Shown here: piece after piece, positions 11,233 to 22,982 of the stretch
Numbering within the stretch: the stretch's first letter is position 1
Layout: each line of letters opens with the position of its first letter
Assembly: GCF_000143415.4 (NCBI RefSeq)
Contig: NW_003314266.1
Location: 1,014,463 to 1,078,462 of the forward strand
DNA from: Selaginella moellendorffii
Lineage: Eukaryota; Plantae; Lycopodiophyta
DNA length: 64,000 bases
Direction: 5' to 3'
Made by a program: the position numbers and the translations under genes
The notes under the pieces: generated by a model
Database searches by the model: none
Told to the model about the DNA's origin: nothing
The model's input: the letters and a program-made list of their open reading frames with translations, nothing else

Positions 11233-12469
11233 ATGCCTAGCCAGATGATCCTCGAGCGATCATTCTTCTCCCATGGGAGCGATAGGGTTTTCGTTTTCTC
11301 GGTGAAGCGCCACGCGCCGCCGGGCCAATCTTCGTTCAAATACAGGATTCAGGGCAAAGGCGGAGCTCCGCACAAGAAATCCAAGGGGGATGGGAGCTCT
11401 CATCCAAATGCAGCAGCCAAGGAGAGCTCGTTGGAGGGAATGGCAGCGGCGGCCGTGGCGGCGGCCCAAGAAGCAGCGGAAGAGGCGAGCTGGATGGCTC
11501 TGGACGATGACGATTCGTGTGATCAGGCCGATGATCTCAAGAAATTCAAGGGGCTTGTTCTCGATCTCTCCTACAGGTAACTTGTTCGTCTAGAAATCTT
11601 CGCATTGGAATGACACTGACAGATATTTTGGGATAATGTAGACCGATTAACATTGTGGGATGGAAGCGCGCATTATGCCTTGAGATCCTTGAGAAGGTTA
11701 GCCTTATCATAAAATTTGGTTTGATATATCCATAGCTTCCTAGGCGGAAGTCCTCGTTTACTACGATCAACTTGTTTGTTCTCCGAGCAGAGTGTTCTTC
11801 ATTCCTGCCGTTTTAAAGGTACGAATACATGGAATTTCTTCGCACTTGTTAAGCTCCAAGTTTGTTTCCACAGATGGTCGATTTCGTATACTCGCCGAAG
11901 CCCAAGACCTTACGGCTGAGCTTGAGTAGAACCAACGTTTTCATCCGAGACAAATTCAAATGCCAGTAAGATCCATGGAAAAAAAGAGATTTCAAGGCTG
12001 TCGCTAACTTAAACCAGCCGCTTGGCATTCATAGGTACTGCGACCACGACAGAGACTTGACAATCGATCATGTCCTTCCGGTTTCCAAAGGCGGCAGCCA
12101 TAGCTGGGACAATCTGGTAAAAGCCCATTCGATTAAAAAGCTTCTCTCGATGATCAAAGTTTTCTCTCATCTCGCAGGTAACAGCGTGTAAGCGCTGCAA
12201 TGGCAAGAAGGGAAGCAGATTACTAGAGGACGTGGAGATGAAGCTGGACAAGGCTCCAAAGGTGAGGGAGATCGACGATCAATTCGACCATTGCGTTCTT
12301 ATTCCTTTGTCCTGGAATTTCATAGGAACCGAATGTCATGGATAGCAGAGAGCTACCGCCCAGCTACCGGGTCTTCAAGAACATAGTCCTCAACACCAAA
12401 GTACCATCGGAATGGATAGACTATTTACCGCAACGTCCAACCAAATTCGACTATCATAGACGAGGATGA
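11233..12469 (+). CDS. HNH endonuclease domain protein (conserved plant, probably plastid-targeted, family), multi-exon
   Basis: Spliced GLVLDLSYRPINIVGWKRALCL...LSRTNVFIRDKFKCQYC...[32 protein letters not shown]...EWIDYL. Confidence 0.85.
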
Positions 12470-13196
12470 TCTAATCTCCAAAACCATGTAAATCTAATGC
12501 TCATATAAAACTGCCAAACCATGTAAATCTAATGTAAGGTTTAGTCAACGCCTAAAAAGGAACGGAATATGCACTCCACATAAAAGATTCAGAACATTCT
12601 GTCTGTGTTAAAGCATATACTTGTTAAACCCTATATTGCCCAAACCTAATTAAAACTTGCCGAAGCAGAGTTTGCTTTTCTACCGAAGCTGGGCCGAACC
12701 TGACAGCTGCCTACCGAGGCAAATCAGCCACCACCGGAGCTACTCTATCTTGTTTCCTTGCGATGGTTTTCATTGTTTTCTCATATCTTGCTCTCGCTTT
12801 TCTCCATTTTTTTTCTCTCTACGCTTTCCTCGTTACACGCCTTTGCGCGATGCGATGCTGATCTCGAGCTTTTCCAGTCAATGCGAAGAAGGAATCCAAA
12901 TCCAAATCGCGGCGGCTTGAATCGCAGCTGCCGAGCTTTTCTCCCATCGGCGGGATCCGAGTGAGCGGGATCGAGAATCATCGCTCGGGATTGCAGGGAA
13001 GAACATTCGTACGAGGTATGGAGGAAAAAAAAGAAAGAAAGAAAGGAGAAGCACCAAAAAAAATGTCCCTATTGCTTGCTTGCCTGCTTTTTCCTCGATT
13101 GGATTCCTCTCTTGGTGGTTCTTCCCATAGGGTTCTTGCGTTGCGCGCATTCGAATTGCTAACGAGCTCTCTCTCATTGTTTCTGGATTGACAGAG

Positions 13197-13574
13197 ATGC
13201 CTCCAGCGAGGAAGAAAGCCAAAAAAGTGGACGCGGCGGAGCCATCCAGCAGCGGCAGCGCAGATCCACCGGCACAGAAAAAGCGAGGCCGGCCTCGCAA
13301 GATCGTCGTCAAGGAGGAGGAGGAGGAGGATCAGCAGGAATACAAGAGCGCCTCCATCGCCGCCGAGCAAGAGGCATTGAAGCGAGCCAAGCTCCCAGCG
13401 ATTCAAGGATCGTCGGAGATGATAGGCGAGCCGGATGGGGGAAAAATTCTCTCGGAGCCCGCCAGCGCCATCAAAGCTCCCACCGCTGCTGCCGCTGCCG
13501 CCAAGAGGGATGGGCGACGTCGCAAGAGCGAGCCTCACAGAGCTCCGGGTGTTCTCATCGAAGGCTTTTTGTGA
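13197..13574 (+). CDS. Small AT-hook protein
   Basis: KKRGRPRK AT-hook, acidic tract, C-terminal RRRKSEPHRA; probable 5'UTR intron ~13015-13194. Confidence 0.7.
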   Translation: MPPARKKAKKVDAAEPSSSGSADPPAQKKRGRPRKIVVKEEEEEDQQEYKSASIAAEQEALKRAKLPAIQGSSEMIGEPDGGKILSEPASAIKAPTAAAAAAKRDGRRRKSEPHRAPGVLIEGFL

Positions 13575-14860
13575 GCTCCATCGCCAACTAGGGAGAAGAT
13601 GAAGATCACTGCAAAGACTCCATTGACACGAGATCGAGATCGATCAAAGGTTAGGCCAAGCTCCACTGCGATTCTATTCTTTCTTCGCTTTTTTTTTTTC
13701 TTCGTTGTTCTTCGTCGCCTTGTTCCAGATCGTCGTTGATTCATTCATTCGTTTTTATCTCTTGGATTTTTTCTGGGATATCATCGCTGTTTGCTCGAAG
13801 TGTTCTAGCAGTTCTAAGTAGCTGTGGAATTTTTATTTTTTTTCCTCTCTTTTTTTCTAAGACAGTCCAAGCAAAATCCCAAACTTTTGTCCTCGTGTTC
13901 TTCAGCCGCGCCGTGTTTTTCCGTTGCGAGATTTTCCTCCTCTTCGCGTTTCCTGGATTTGTTTAGCGTAAAAAGAACTGTCGGTGGTGGCTGATCAAGT
14001 GTTATCGATTGGAAGGAAAAAAAAAGAGAGAGGAAAGTGGAAAATTTTGACTTCCTCCATGATTTTTATCGCTTGATCTTTTCTTACGCCTTGGTAGTGG
14101 TGGTGGCGTTCTTCCTTCTTCTCTGATTGATCTGGGCGTGCGTGCGTGCGTGTGTAGTATATCTCCTCCTCCTTCCTCCCCCCCTTTATTCCTTCTTCTT
14201 CTTCATGGTCTTTTTTCTTCCTCCCTGGAATCTACGTAGTACTTAAGACGAGTGAGAGTGAGAGAGAGAGAGAGAGAGAAGACAATAACCAATGCTTTCT
14301 TTGTGATAAATGGCATGGACAGAGCACACAGGCTAGTAGCAGCAGTACGTGGAAGGCTTTTAGAAAAAATATCATTCTTTTTTCACCCCATCTTTCCACC
14401 ACCACTGATCAGGTGCCCCTATCAATCAATCAAACGCGAAATTTGATCTCGCTAGACCTACTCCATCCAATCTAAGCTAAGTCGCCCCCGCTACATTCTT
14501 CATCCTTTATTTCACTGCCTAGTAGAGACCAATCCCCTTGCCCTAGCTCCTCGATCGATCGATCGATCGAGCGATTGTTCTCAGTAGAGGAGCTCCGATC
14601 GCGTTGCTCGCCGGCGCCTAGGCCGGCAGCAGAGATAGCACAGGCAGAGGCAGCACATCGAGCACCAGAAGAAAATTCCCCTCATCGCGATCGCGCTATC
14701 TTGCCCTAATCCCTACGCCCAAATTTATTCCCCCTTCCCCCTTTTTGACCTAGAACTTGTTCTTTCCGCGATCGACAATGCGGCATCCGCGAGGTAAGAA
14801 ATCGTCGCGATGGACGCCACAGCTGTGACTCGCGCGATCGCGTGAGAGGAATCGGCGAGA

Positions 14861-17649
14861 ATGGCGAGTGTTTTGCCGCTGGGGCAGATTCTCTGTGGCC
14901 GCGAGATCAGTGCTGGCAATATCGGCGCTCGAGGACTGCCTTTGCGGGTGAGGGTGAGTTTCATCGGCAGCTCCAGGAGGAAATCCAGCAAGTATGACCA
15001 CTATTTCGCTTCTTCCAATGTGGATCTCGAGTCGGCCGAGGAGAAGATCCAGCGCCTTACCGCCACCGTCGAGAGGCTCAAGGCACGCATTGCGGAGCTG
15101 GAGGGTTTGGTTCCAAGCACGAGATCTCGCGTGGAAGAGAGCATGGAGCAGCAGCCAACTCCAAAGCAACTTCTAAAGAGCATCACGATGGTATCGCAAA
15201 CTTTTAGAGTGCTTTCGTTGCGCGGTTAACACTTGTTTGCTTTTGTTTAGAACGTACCAGTGTTGAAGCCGGAGCCATCGCAAAAACTGGGAGAAATCGA
15301 TCGACTACCGAGTATCGTCTGGCCGTCCCCGAGCGATGAGATACCGTTTTGGAAGCGAGGTCGACTGAGGCATGAAGTAGCAGGGCTTGGCTCGACAAAG
15401 GACGTAGAAAACGATCGAAATCCACTCTATATCATCCATGTCACGGCGGAGATGGTGCCTCTAGCAAAGGTTGGAGGTTTGGGGGACGTGGTTACTGGTT
15501 TGAGCCGGGCATGCATTGACAGGGGACACAAAGTGGAGATCATGATTCCTTTCTACGAGTGCATACCAGGTGAACAGATCAAAGGCTTCAGTCCTGGTGA
15601 ATCCTACTCGTCTTATCACAAGGGGAACTGGATCTCGGTTCAAGTTTACCGAGGCAAGATCGCTGGAGCGTCGGTCTTACTTGTCCAGCCGAAGAACCAG
15701 TTTTTCAAGGGGTCGAGTATCTATGGTGGATCTTACGACGAACTCGAAGCGTATTTGTTTTTCAGCCGTGCTTGCCTGGAGTGGATGCAGGTTTGCCGTG
15801 CATTTTTTGATCGTTTTCGTTTTTTCCTTCTTTTTTCAAGTTGTTTGTTCGCAGGTGACAAACAATCACCCGGATATCATCCACGCTCATGAGTGGCATA
15901 CTGGAGCTGTATCGATGCTTTACTGGGATATGTATCATCACTTGTCCTTGAAGGTAATAGCTCATGATCGCTCGGATAGATTTGACACTCGACTTTACGG
16001 CAGAAACCAAGACTTGTGCTTACTATTCACAACATGGAGCATTACGGAGAATGCAGGTGCGATCCCTTCAGTTTGTTTCATTTACTTACGCTTTGATACT
16101 GGTCAGGATGGAACAGCTCAACATGTGCGGTCTAGAAGGTTCAACTTATCGCACATCTGATAAAGTAGAAGTATCTTGTGTTGTTTAGACCGTTTTATTG
16201 ATTCTTATTTTCTATTGCAGGCTGTCGATGATCGAACAATCGGACACAATCCTGAGAGGCTCAGCTTGCTCAAGGGAGGGATTGTGTACAGCAATGCTGT
16301 AACGTAAGTTTTCTTTAGCTTGTCGGCAATCTTAACTGCTCGGCTAATGGCAGAACTGTGTCACCGTCTTATGTCAATGAGACGCTTTGCTCGGGATGGC
16401 TGTCAAGCACTTTGATGAAGCACCGTTCCAAGTAATTGTACTCGACCTGGTAAAACCTACAGAGCAACACATCGCAAACTTTAATTCTTTGTACAGATAT
16501 TTTGGAATCCTGAACGGGATCGACACAGAGCTATGGAATCCGGAGACAGATCCTTACCTGCCCGTGGGATTTTCAGGTGACGAGTTTCTTTACACTTCAA
16601 TGTATTGACGTCCTAGTTTCTTCAGCAACGGATTTAATGGGAAAACAAGCTTGTAAGCAGTATCTACAGAGAGGTCTTGGGCTTGAACCGGACGAGTTGC
16701 CCACTCAAAGGAAGACATACCAAGAATGCAAGCGTTCGCCTTTGATCGTGTGCATCACGAGATTGGTGGCTCAGAAAGGGATTCATCTCATACGGCATGC
16801 CATGTATCACGTAGATCAAATGGTAAGATCCGGTTTAAGTTTGTATCTTACGACGTCACAATGTTTACAGGATGGCCAATTCGTGCTTCTAGGCACGTCA
16901 CGCGATCCTCGTGTGAAGGGAGAATTCGAGCACCACGCTACAAAGGTGTGTGCTTTTACATCTAGCGTCGTTACTCTAACTTTTACATTTTTGCAGTTCG
17001 GGGATAGTAAGAAGGTGCGATTGCTGCTGACATACAGGTGAAGCGAAAATTGGTGAGAGTTGGTTGTAGATTTGTGACAAAGCTGTTTGCTTTGTAGTGA
17101 GGAGTTAGCGCATTTGCTATATGCAGCAGCGGATATCGTACTGGTGCCATCCATGTTTGAGCCTTGTGGCTTGACTCAGATGATTGGGATGCGATATGGA
17201 GCGGTAAAAAAACACAAAGTGAAGCGAAACCAAAGCACTGACTCTTTGTTTTTCTTTTTCTTTTTTCTTTGTTGCAGATTCCTGTTGTCCGAAAGACGGG
17301 TGGCTTGGCGGATACTGTTTTCGACGTGGAGCATTCGAAAGCGATTGACGCCAATGGGTAAGTCTTTTCAATGCTTGATGTCGCTTACACTGGGGAATTC
17401 ACAGGTTTGTTTTCGAAGGAATCGACGAGAGGTCGCTCAACAGTGCCTTGGATCGTGCTCTGCAACAGTTTCGCGAGAGTAAGCTTGTGTTCTTAATACC
17501 CAAACATCTAAACTTTAGTTTCTTTTGGTTTCTTTTCTTCAGAGCCCCACCACTGGCAGGCTTTGGTCTCGAAAGTTATGCTGCTAGACAACAGCTGGAA
17601 CAAATCCGCAAGGGAGTACGTCGGTGTTTACAACTCTGTGCGTGTCTAA
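14861..17649 (+). CDS. Starch synthase (GT5+GT1), SSIV-related, probably SSVI clade; many short introns
   Basis: [82 protein letters not shown]; N-terminal transit peptide and coiled coil. Confidence 0.9.
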
Positions 17650-17813
17650 GCTAAGCGAGATAAAGGGAATGAAAGTATGAAATAATTATAAACCGTGACA
17701 TGATCTTAACTCCTTGACTCTAGGAGCAAATCATGGAAGTTTAAAAAACTACCAAACTACCACTTTCTTCGAGTCAAATCTCCCTACACAGAAAAAAAAG
17801 AGAGGTTTTAGCA

Positions 17814-19046
17814 ATGCTAAGAACTCGCAATGGCATCGGGAGCTGCAGTGGCGTGGACGAATCCATCGTGCAGGCATTCTTCCAAGACAATCACTACGCC
17901 AGCAGCAACGCCAACAATCCCGGTGGTAGCAGCAGCAGCAGGGACGGCGGCGGCAAATGCCATGGAAGAAATCCGCTAAGCGCGCTCGCTGGATTCATCA
18001 CTTGCCTCCACAACTCGAGCGAAACCAGCTCGAGCAGGAAGGCCTGGGAGAAGCGCAAGGCGGTGGCGCTGCTGGAGCTCAGCAAGCAGCAGCAGGCGGC
18101 GCTGGCGGACAAGCAGGACACGATCGACATGCTCGAGTGGCAGCTGGAGCAGCTCCAGATGGCTACGTACGCGCTGGGAGTGTCCAACGACGAGGACGAG
18201 CTGCTCAAGCAAGCCCAAGGCGGCCAGGAGGAGAGCAGCGATCCAGCGCCTCTAACACCGCCGCCACCACCATCAGCGCCGCCACAAGCGCCGCCAGCTA
18301 TCACCTCCGCCGCCGCCGCCACCCAAACTTACGCGCCGCTGGTGCTGCTCCTGGAGATGGCCGTGGTCCGGGCTCGCCTCTCGCTGCGCTACTTCTGCAA
18401 CCTCTTCCTCAAGCAGATGGAGGCGTCGGGCTACCCGGTGTGCCGCGCGCTGGCGGAGATCGAGCCGGGCACCGCCTTCCTCCGCAAGGAGCACGCCGCC
18501 TACGTGCTCGACTCCAAGATCAACAAGGCCTTCTTCCACTGCTTCGAGAACGAGAGCTTCGACGGCGCCGGGATCACGCAGATCCTCGACCCGGCCAAGC
18601 GCGCCGCCACCAAGCTCCACGAGTACCGCCGGATGGCGGGGCTGGACATCGGCGACGCCGTGAATAGCAAGAGCGCCTGGTTTGATCCCGAGTTCCTGCG
18701 CTTCTGCCAGCACAAGACGCGCGAGATGTGGGGCGAGTTTGGATTCAGCGTCGCGTTTCGGAGCGTGGAGGAGCGGGACTCGTTCACGGCGGCGTTTTTG
18801 GACGTGGCCAAGGCGGTGTGGCTGCTGCACAGGCTCGCGTTCGCGGTGAATCCGGCCGTGGGGATCATCCGGGTGGCGAAAGGGACCGATATGGATGCGT
18901 CGTACGTGGAGGCGGTGGCGGCGCCCGAGAGGCCGTGTAGTGTCTGCGGCAAGGCCAAGGTGGTGGAGTTTATGGTGATGCCGGGCTTCCGGACGAACAA
19001 CAAGGTGATCAAGTGCCAGGTCTATCCCCACGTCCAGTGCAAGTGA
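17814..19046 (+). CDS. GIL1/IRK-interacting protein family (DUF641-like)
   Basis: Coiled coil; FENESF, FC..K, AFLDVAKAVWLLHRLAF, FMVMPGF...VIKCQVY. Confidence 0.85.
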   Translation: MLRTRNGIGSCSGVDESIVQAFFQDNHYASSNANNPGGSSSSRDGGGKCHGRNPLSALAGFITCLHNSSETSSSRKAWEKRKAVALLELSKQQQAALADKQDTIDMLEWQLEQLQMATYALGVSNDEDELLKQAQGGQEESSDPAPLTPPPPPSAPPQAPPAITSAAAATQTYAPLVLLLEMAVVRARLSLRYFCNLFLKQMEASGYPVCRALAEIEPGTAFLRKEHAAYVLDSKINKAFFHCFENESFDGAGITQILDPAKRAATKLHEYRRMAGLDIGDAVNSKSAWFDPEFLRFCQHKTREMWGEFGFSVAFRSVEERDSFTAAFLDVAKAVWLLHRLAFAVNPAVGIIRVAKGTDMDASYVEAVAAPERPCSVCGKAKVVEFMVMPGFRTNNKVIKCQVYPHVQCK

Positions 19047-20538
19047 TAGATAGATGGTTTTCTAACTTCCTTTCCTCTAGTTTGTATCCTATTCTCTTCA
19101 AAGTTTGATATCGTTCCAAGAAAGCCCAACTCTCTAAAGCAGACCACAATGCCTTGAAAATCTCATAGCCCCTTTGATTAGGCTTCTACTTCAGCCACAA
19201 CAATTTCTTGCTCTTTGCAACCATTTGCAAGCATGCAAGCAGATTTAAGAATTTATTGAAATAAATTAATATTAATAGGTCCAAGCACAATTTTGATTTT
19301 TCTCAAAAGGAAAGTGTATTTTGGACATTCAACAACTTACCAAAATATTTTAAGTTTTTACTATAAAAAATTTATAACTTATAACTTTTATAATATAATT
19401 AATTTTATTATCTTTTTTCTTATTAAATTACTATTATTATAGAACATTTGCATTGTGTTACTTGGCAAGAAAAATTAAGTATAAAAAACATTTATAATTA
19501 TTATAATTAATTAAATTTTTGCTATAAAAAAGTATTTACATTATAAAAGATGAATTCTTAGAATTTTTACCAACAAAAACCATAAACACACAGTACATTT
19601 TATACACTTCCATATTTTTCCCTTGAAAGGAACCATGGTTCTTTAAAGAACCCCTTAAGGATTGTAGGATCAGCATTGCATGCTAATGCCGTTAATGCTA
19701 AACATTGGATATGATTATTATTAAGATACCACATTTTCCTAGATAACTATCAATTTTATTTTATTTGTATGATATTTAAAGATTGACAAAGCAATAATAT
19801 AAGATTGCAAAACTATTGACGTTAAAGACTAATGCCAAAATGTAATAAAGAATTTTCTAAAATATTTATTAAATAAAATAAAATATATAAAATTCCAGAA
19901 TAATCATTTTTTTTACATTTTAATATTTACTTTCTTTAGAAAAAATGCACAAAAATAAATAAAATTCCAGAATAATCATCAAGTCCTTAAGTTAGCCATT
20001 CCACAAAGATGATGCAACTACTATGTAATAATCTTTGTTTTTTTTGTTGAAAATAAGTTATGTTTTGGCGAATTATATAGTGAATTTAATTTGACAAGAA
20101 GGCAAAATTATAATATAGAGTAACTATTAAATGTATTAAAATTATTAATTAAAATTTCACAAATGAACAAGGCTATAGATGAAATATAAATTTATATGTA
20201 AATAGTGGAGCTAAATGTATTTTAAATCCATTGTTATGAAAAGTAAATTTTCATACCTCATTTAATCAAAATGCAAAAAGAAAAATAGATTACTTCAATT
20301 TGGTAAAAGCAAAAGAAATAAATTGCAATTTTATATTTTGCATATATAAAATATATATACATCATAAGTAAATATTTCATACCCTTGACATGTTTTGTGT
20401 CTAACTTTTCTCTTCTAAATTCCAAGTTTTTCTTTTCTAACTAGTGACCTTTGTTCTGAATATTTACTTAAAAAAAGTTAATTTTTATTTTTCCATACAA
20501 AGGATTGCTGCAAAGCAATATAATTCTTTTAGTTACTA

Positions 20539-22545
20539 CTATAAACTTAAGCGGTCAAGCTGGAGACGAAAGCCCTTCTCCACCGCCTTGAACGTGAATT
20601 CGTTCGGCGTGTGGCCATTCCGCATCATCTCTTGCAGTAAATCCCATGCAGCATCCACATCCGAGCGGCACAAAATCTGCACAAGAGTTCCATAAGTGTG
20701 ATCATCTGGAAAAATCCCTGCTTTCAGCATCTCTTCCAGCAGCTCCATCGCTCTCGAAACTTTCCCGGCGCCAGCCAGAGTCTGGATCAAGCTGGTGTAC
20801 GTGAAGCAGTCCGGAATCACTCCATTGTCTATCATCTCGGCCAGGAGATCGAATGCTCGCTCCTCCATGCCCACCTTCCCCAGCCCGTGAATGATCATGC
20901 TGTAAGTCACGATGCTCGGCTCCAGTTCTTCCTTTCTCCGCTGCATCTCACGGAGGAGCTCCAGGGCCTCGTCCATCTTCTTCAGCTTGCACAGCGCGTT
21001 GATCACGGTGTTGTAAGTCACAGTGCTGGGAAGAATACCGTCCTTGAGGATCCTCTGGTAGAGCTCGAGAGCTTCTTCGAGCCTGCTGGACTTGACGAAG
21101 CCGTCCATGATCATCGTGTAAATGTACCTGTTGGGCTTCACTGCCGCCTTGTCCATGAGCCGGAGGACGTGAGTCGCCGCTGCCATGGATCCCTCCTTGC
21201 AGAAGTTGTCGATGATGATCCCGTAAGTGTGCATGTCGGGCTTGCAGCCTTTCTCCACCATCGTCTCGAAAACCTTCTCGGCTTCCTCCCTCCTGCCGAT
21301 GCTGTAGAGAGCTTCGATGAACATCGTGTAGGAGATGGTGTCGGGAGCACAGTCTCTGTCCGCCATCTCCTCCATCACCGCGAAAGCCTTCTCCACCTTT
21401 CCCATGCCGATGTAGCCAGTGACGATGAAACTGTAAGTGTCCACTCGAGGCCTCAGCCTTCTTCGTCTCATCTCCTGGATCGTCTTTACAGCCTCTTGAA
21501 TCCTCCCACACTTGCAAAGCCCGGCGACGATCGAGGTGTAAGCCACTGCAGTCGGCGGAGGACCCCTGGCGACCATCAAGTCGACAAGCTTTCGCGCCTC
21601 GTCCACTCTCCCGGCCTTGGACAGCCCGTCGATCAAACTCGAGTAAGCGATGATGTCCGGCTTGTATCCCTTTCGGATCATCTCTTCGAAGACGTCGCAG
21701 GCTCTCTCCACCTTGTGAGCCTTGCACAAGCCATCGACGAGAACAGTGTAAGTAAACAAAGTTGGCTCACATTTGCTCGCCACCATCTTCTCGTAGTACT
21801 CCAGTCCCGCATCATAGTTCCCAGCCTTGAAGAGGCCGTCCACAATCGCAGTGTAAGTCACCGAGTCCGGAGCTTCAATCGCCTCGAAGAGCCGGCAAGC
21901 CTCATCGGTCCGCTTCGCTGCTGCAAGCCCGCGGATTAGAATCCCATACGAGACCGAATCCAAGCTCGACTTTGGAGACACCGAGTTGAAGTAGCTTACC
22001 GCCTTGTCGAGGTCGCGTCGAGCACAGAGAGCGCTGAGAATGACCCCGTGCGTGGCACCATTGCTGGTTATCCCGCGGGATTTCATCTCCCGGAGCAAAG
22101 CATTCACCACCTCGAAGTCGTCCCTCGCGGCAAATCCTCTAAGCAGTATGTTGAACGAGGAGACGTTGGGCTCGGAGATGCTGCTCTGGAAGAACCCGAG
22201 AGCATCCGAGAGATGGCCTCCACGAACCAGTGCGAGCAGGAGAGAGTTGCGGGTGAAGAGGGTGTGCGAGAAGCCCGGCCTCGTAGCAGCCCAGTGATAG
22301 AAGCCGAGAGCGTTGCAAGTGCACCGGAGCCTGCCGAGGACACCACCGAATGTATCTCTCGACAGCTTGGTGCTCACTGCGGCGTGGGATCTCTCGAGCA
22401 GCGCTTGGACGTCGCTAGCCTTGTCCTCCAGGATGGCGAGCAGCGATTCTACGTGGCGGGTGTCTTCGTGCTCGAAAGTGGGAGCTGAGACCCTATAGCG
22501 CCTCTGGATCCTCCACACCACTGGGAGAAATCGCTGCTTTCTCAT
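20539..22545 (-). CDS. P-class PPR protein, paralog of 476-2527
   Basis: Tandem PPR motifs; shared N-terminus (IQRR..., R.VESLL.ILE, LS.DTF..VL.RL, F..WAATR.GF.HT.FT.N); first ATG at 22545. Confidence 0.92.
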   Translation of the reverse strand: MRKQRFLPVVWRIQRRYRVSAPTFEHEDTRHVESLLAILEDKASDVQALLERSHAAVSTKLSRDTFGGVLGRLRCTCNALGFYHWAATRPGFSHTLFTRNSLLLALVRGGHLSDALGFFQSSISEPNVSSFNILLRGFAARDDFEVVNALLREMKSRGITSNGATHGVILSALCARRDLDKAVSYFNSVSPKSSLDSVSYGILIRGLAAAKRTDEACRLFEAIEAPDSVTYTAIVDGLFKAGNYDAGLEYYEKMVASKCEPTLFTYTVLVDGLCKAHKVERACDVFEEMIRKGYKPDIIAYSSLIDGLSKAGRVDEARKLVDLMVARGPPPTAVAYTSIVAGLCKCGRIQEAVKTIQEMRRRRLRPRVDTYSFIVTGYIGMGKVEKAFAVMEEMADRDCAPDTISYTMFIEALYSIGRREEAEKVFETMVEKGCKPDMHTYGIIIDNFCKEGSMAAATHVLRLMDKAAVKPNRYIYTMIMDGFVKSSRLEEALELYQRILKDGILPSTVTYNTVINALCKLKKMDEALELLREMQRRKEELEPSIVTYSMIIHGLGKVGMEERAFDLLAEMIDNGVIPDCFTYTSLIQTLAGAGKVSRAMELLEEMLKAGIFPDDHTYGTLVQILCRSDVDAAWDLLQEMMRNGHTPNEFTFKAVEKGFRLQLDRLSL

Positions 22546-22609
22546 CGTTTGCAACCAATCTTGGAGCACAACCCGCGGATTTGAGCTTCTGGCAATGCTT
22601 TTGGAGCCC

Positions 22610-22792
22610 GCCAAGCCCCTTGATCACGGTAGAGAAGCTCGCCTTTGGAGTGACTCGAGTGACTGCATGGCCTTGAGAATGATCCCATGAGTCACAGCGC
22701 GCATGGCGGGATTGCTGCTGTACATTCTTTCCTTGAAAATCGCCCACATTCTCACCTGGCTTGGGGCTTTCGAGCGATTCTGGCCAAGAACA
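22610..22792 (-). pseudogene. Collapsed relic of the 5' part of a PPR gene like 476-2527
   Basis: Ordered short blocks matching 1926-1982, 2031-2060, ~2178-2199, 2398-2425 and ~2519-2526. Confidence 0.65.
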
Positions 22793-22982
22793 ATAGCCAA
22801 AATCCTAAAACCCTAAATCTCAAATGTTAGGGTTCTTATTTTCCAGTTGCCACATCAGCACGATCTAACCGTCCATTAAAAATATAAAGGTTTTAGGTAT
22901 ATTCTGGCTTTAAACCCTTAAACCCTAAAGTTCCTCTGTTTGTGTAACCTAGGGCAGGGCGTGCGTGCGCTGGGGTTTTGCG

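Noticed and set aside
11233-12469. HNH nuclease as a mobile or defence system
   Set aside because: Intron-rich, conserved plant-type gene with no repeats, TIRs or array nearby.
19200-20520. AT-rich island between GC-rich genes
   Set aside because: No TIR, TSD, LTR or ORF found by eye.
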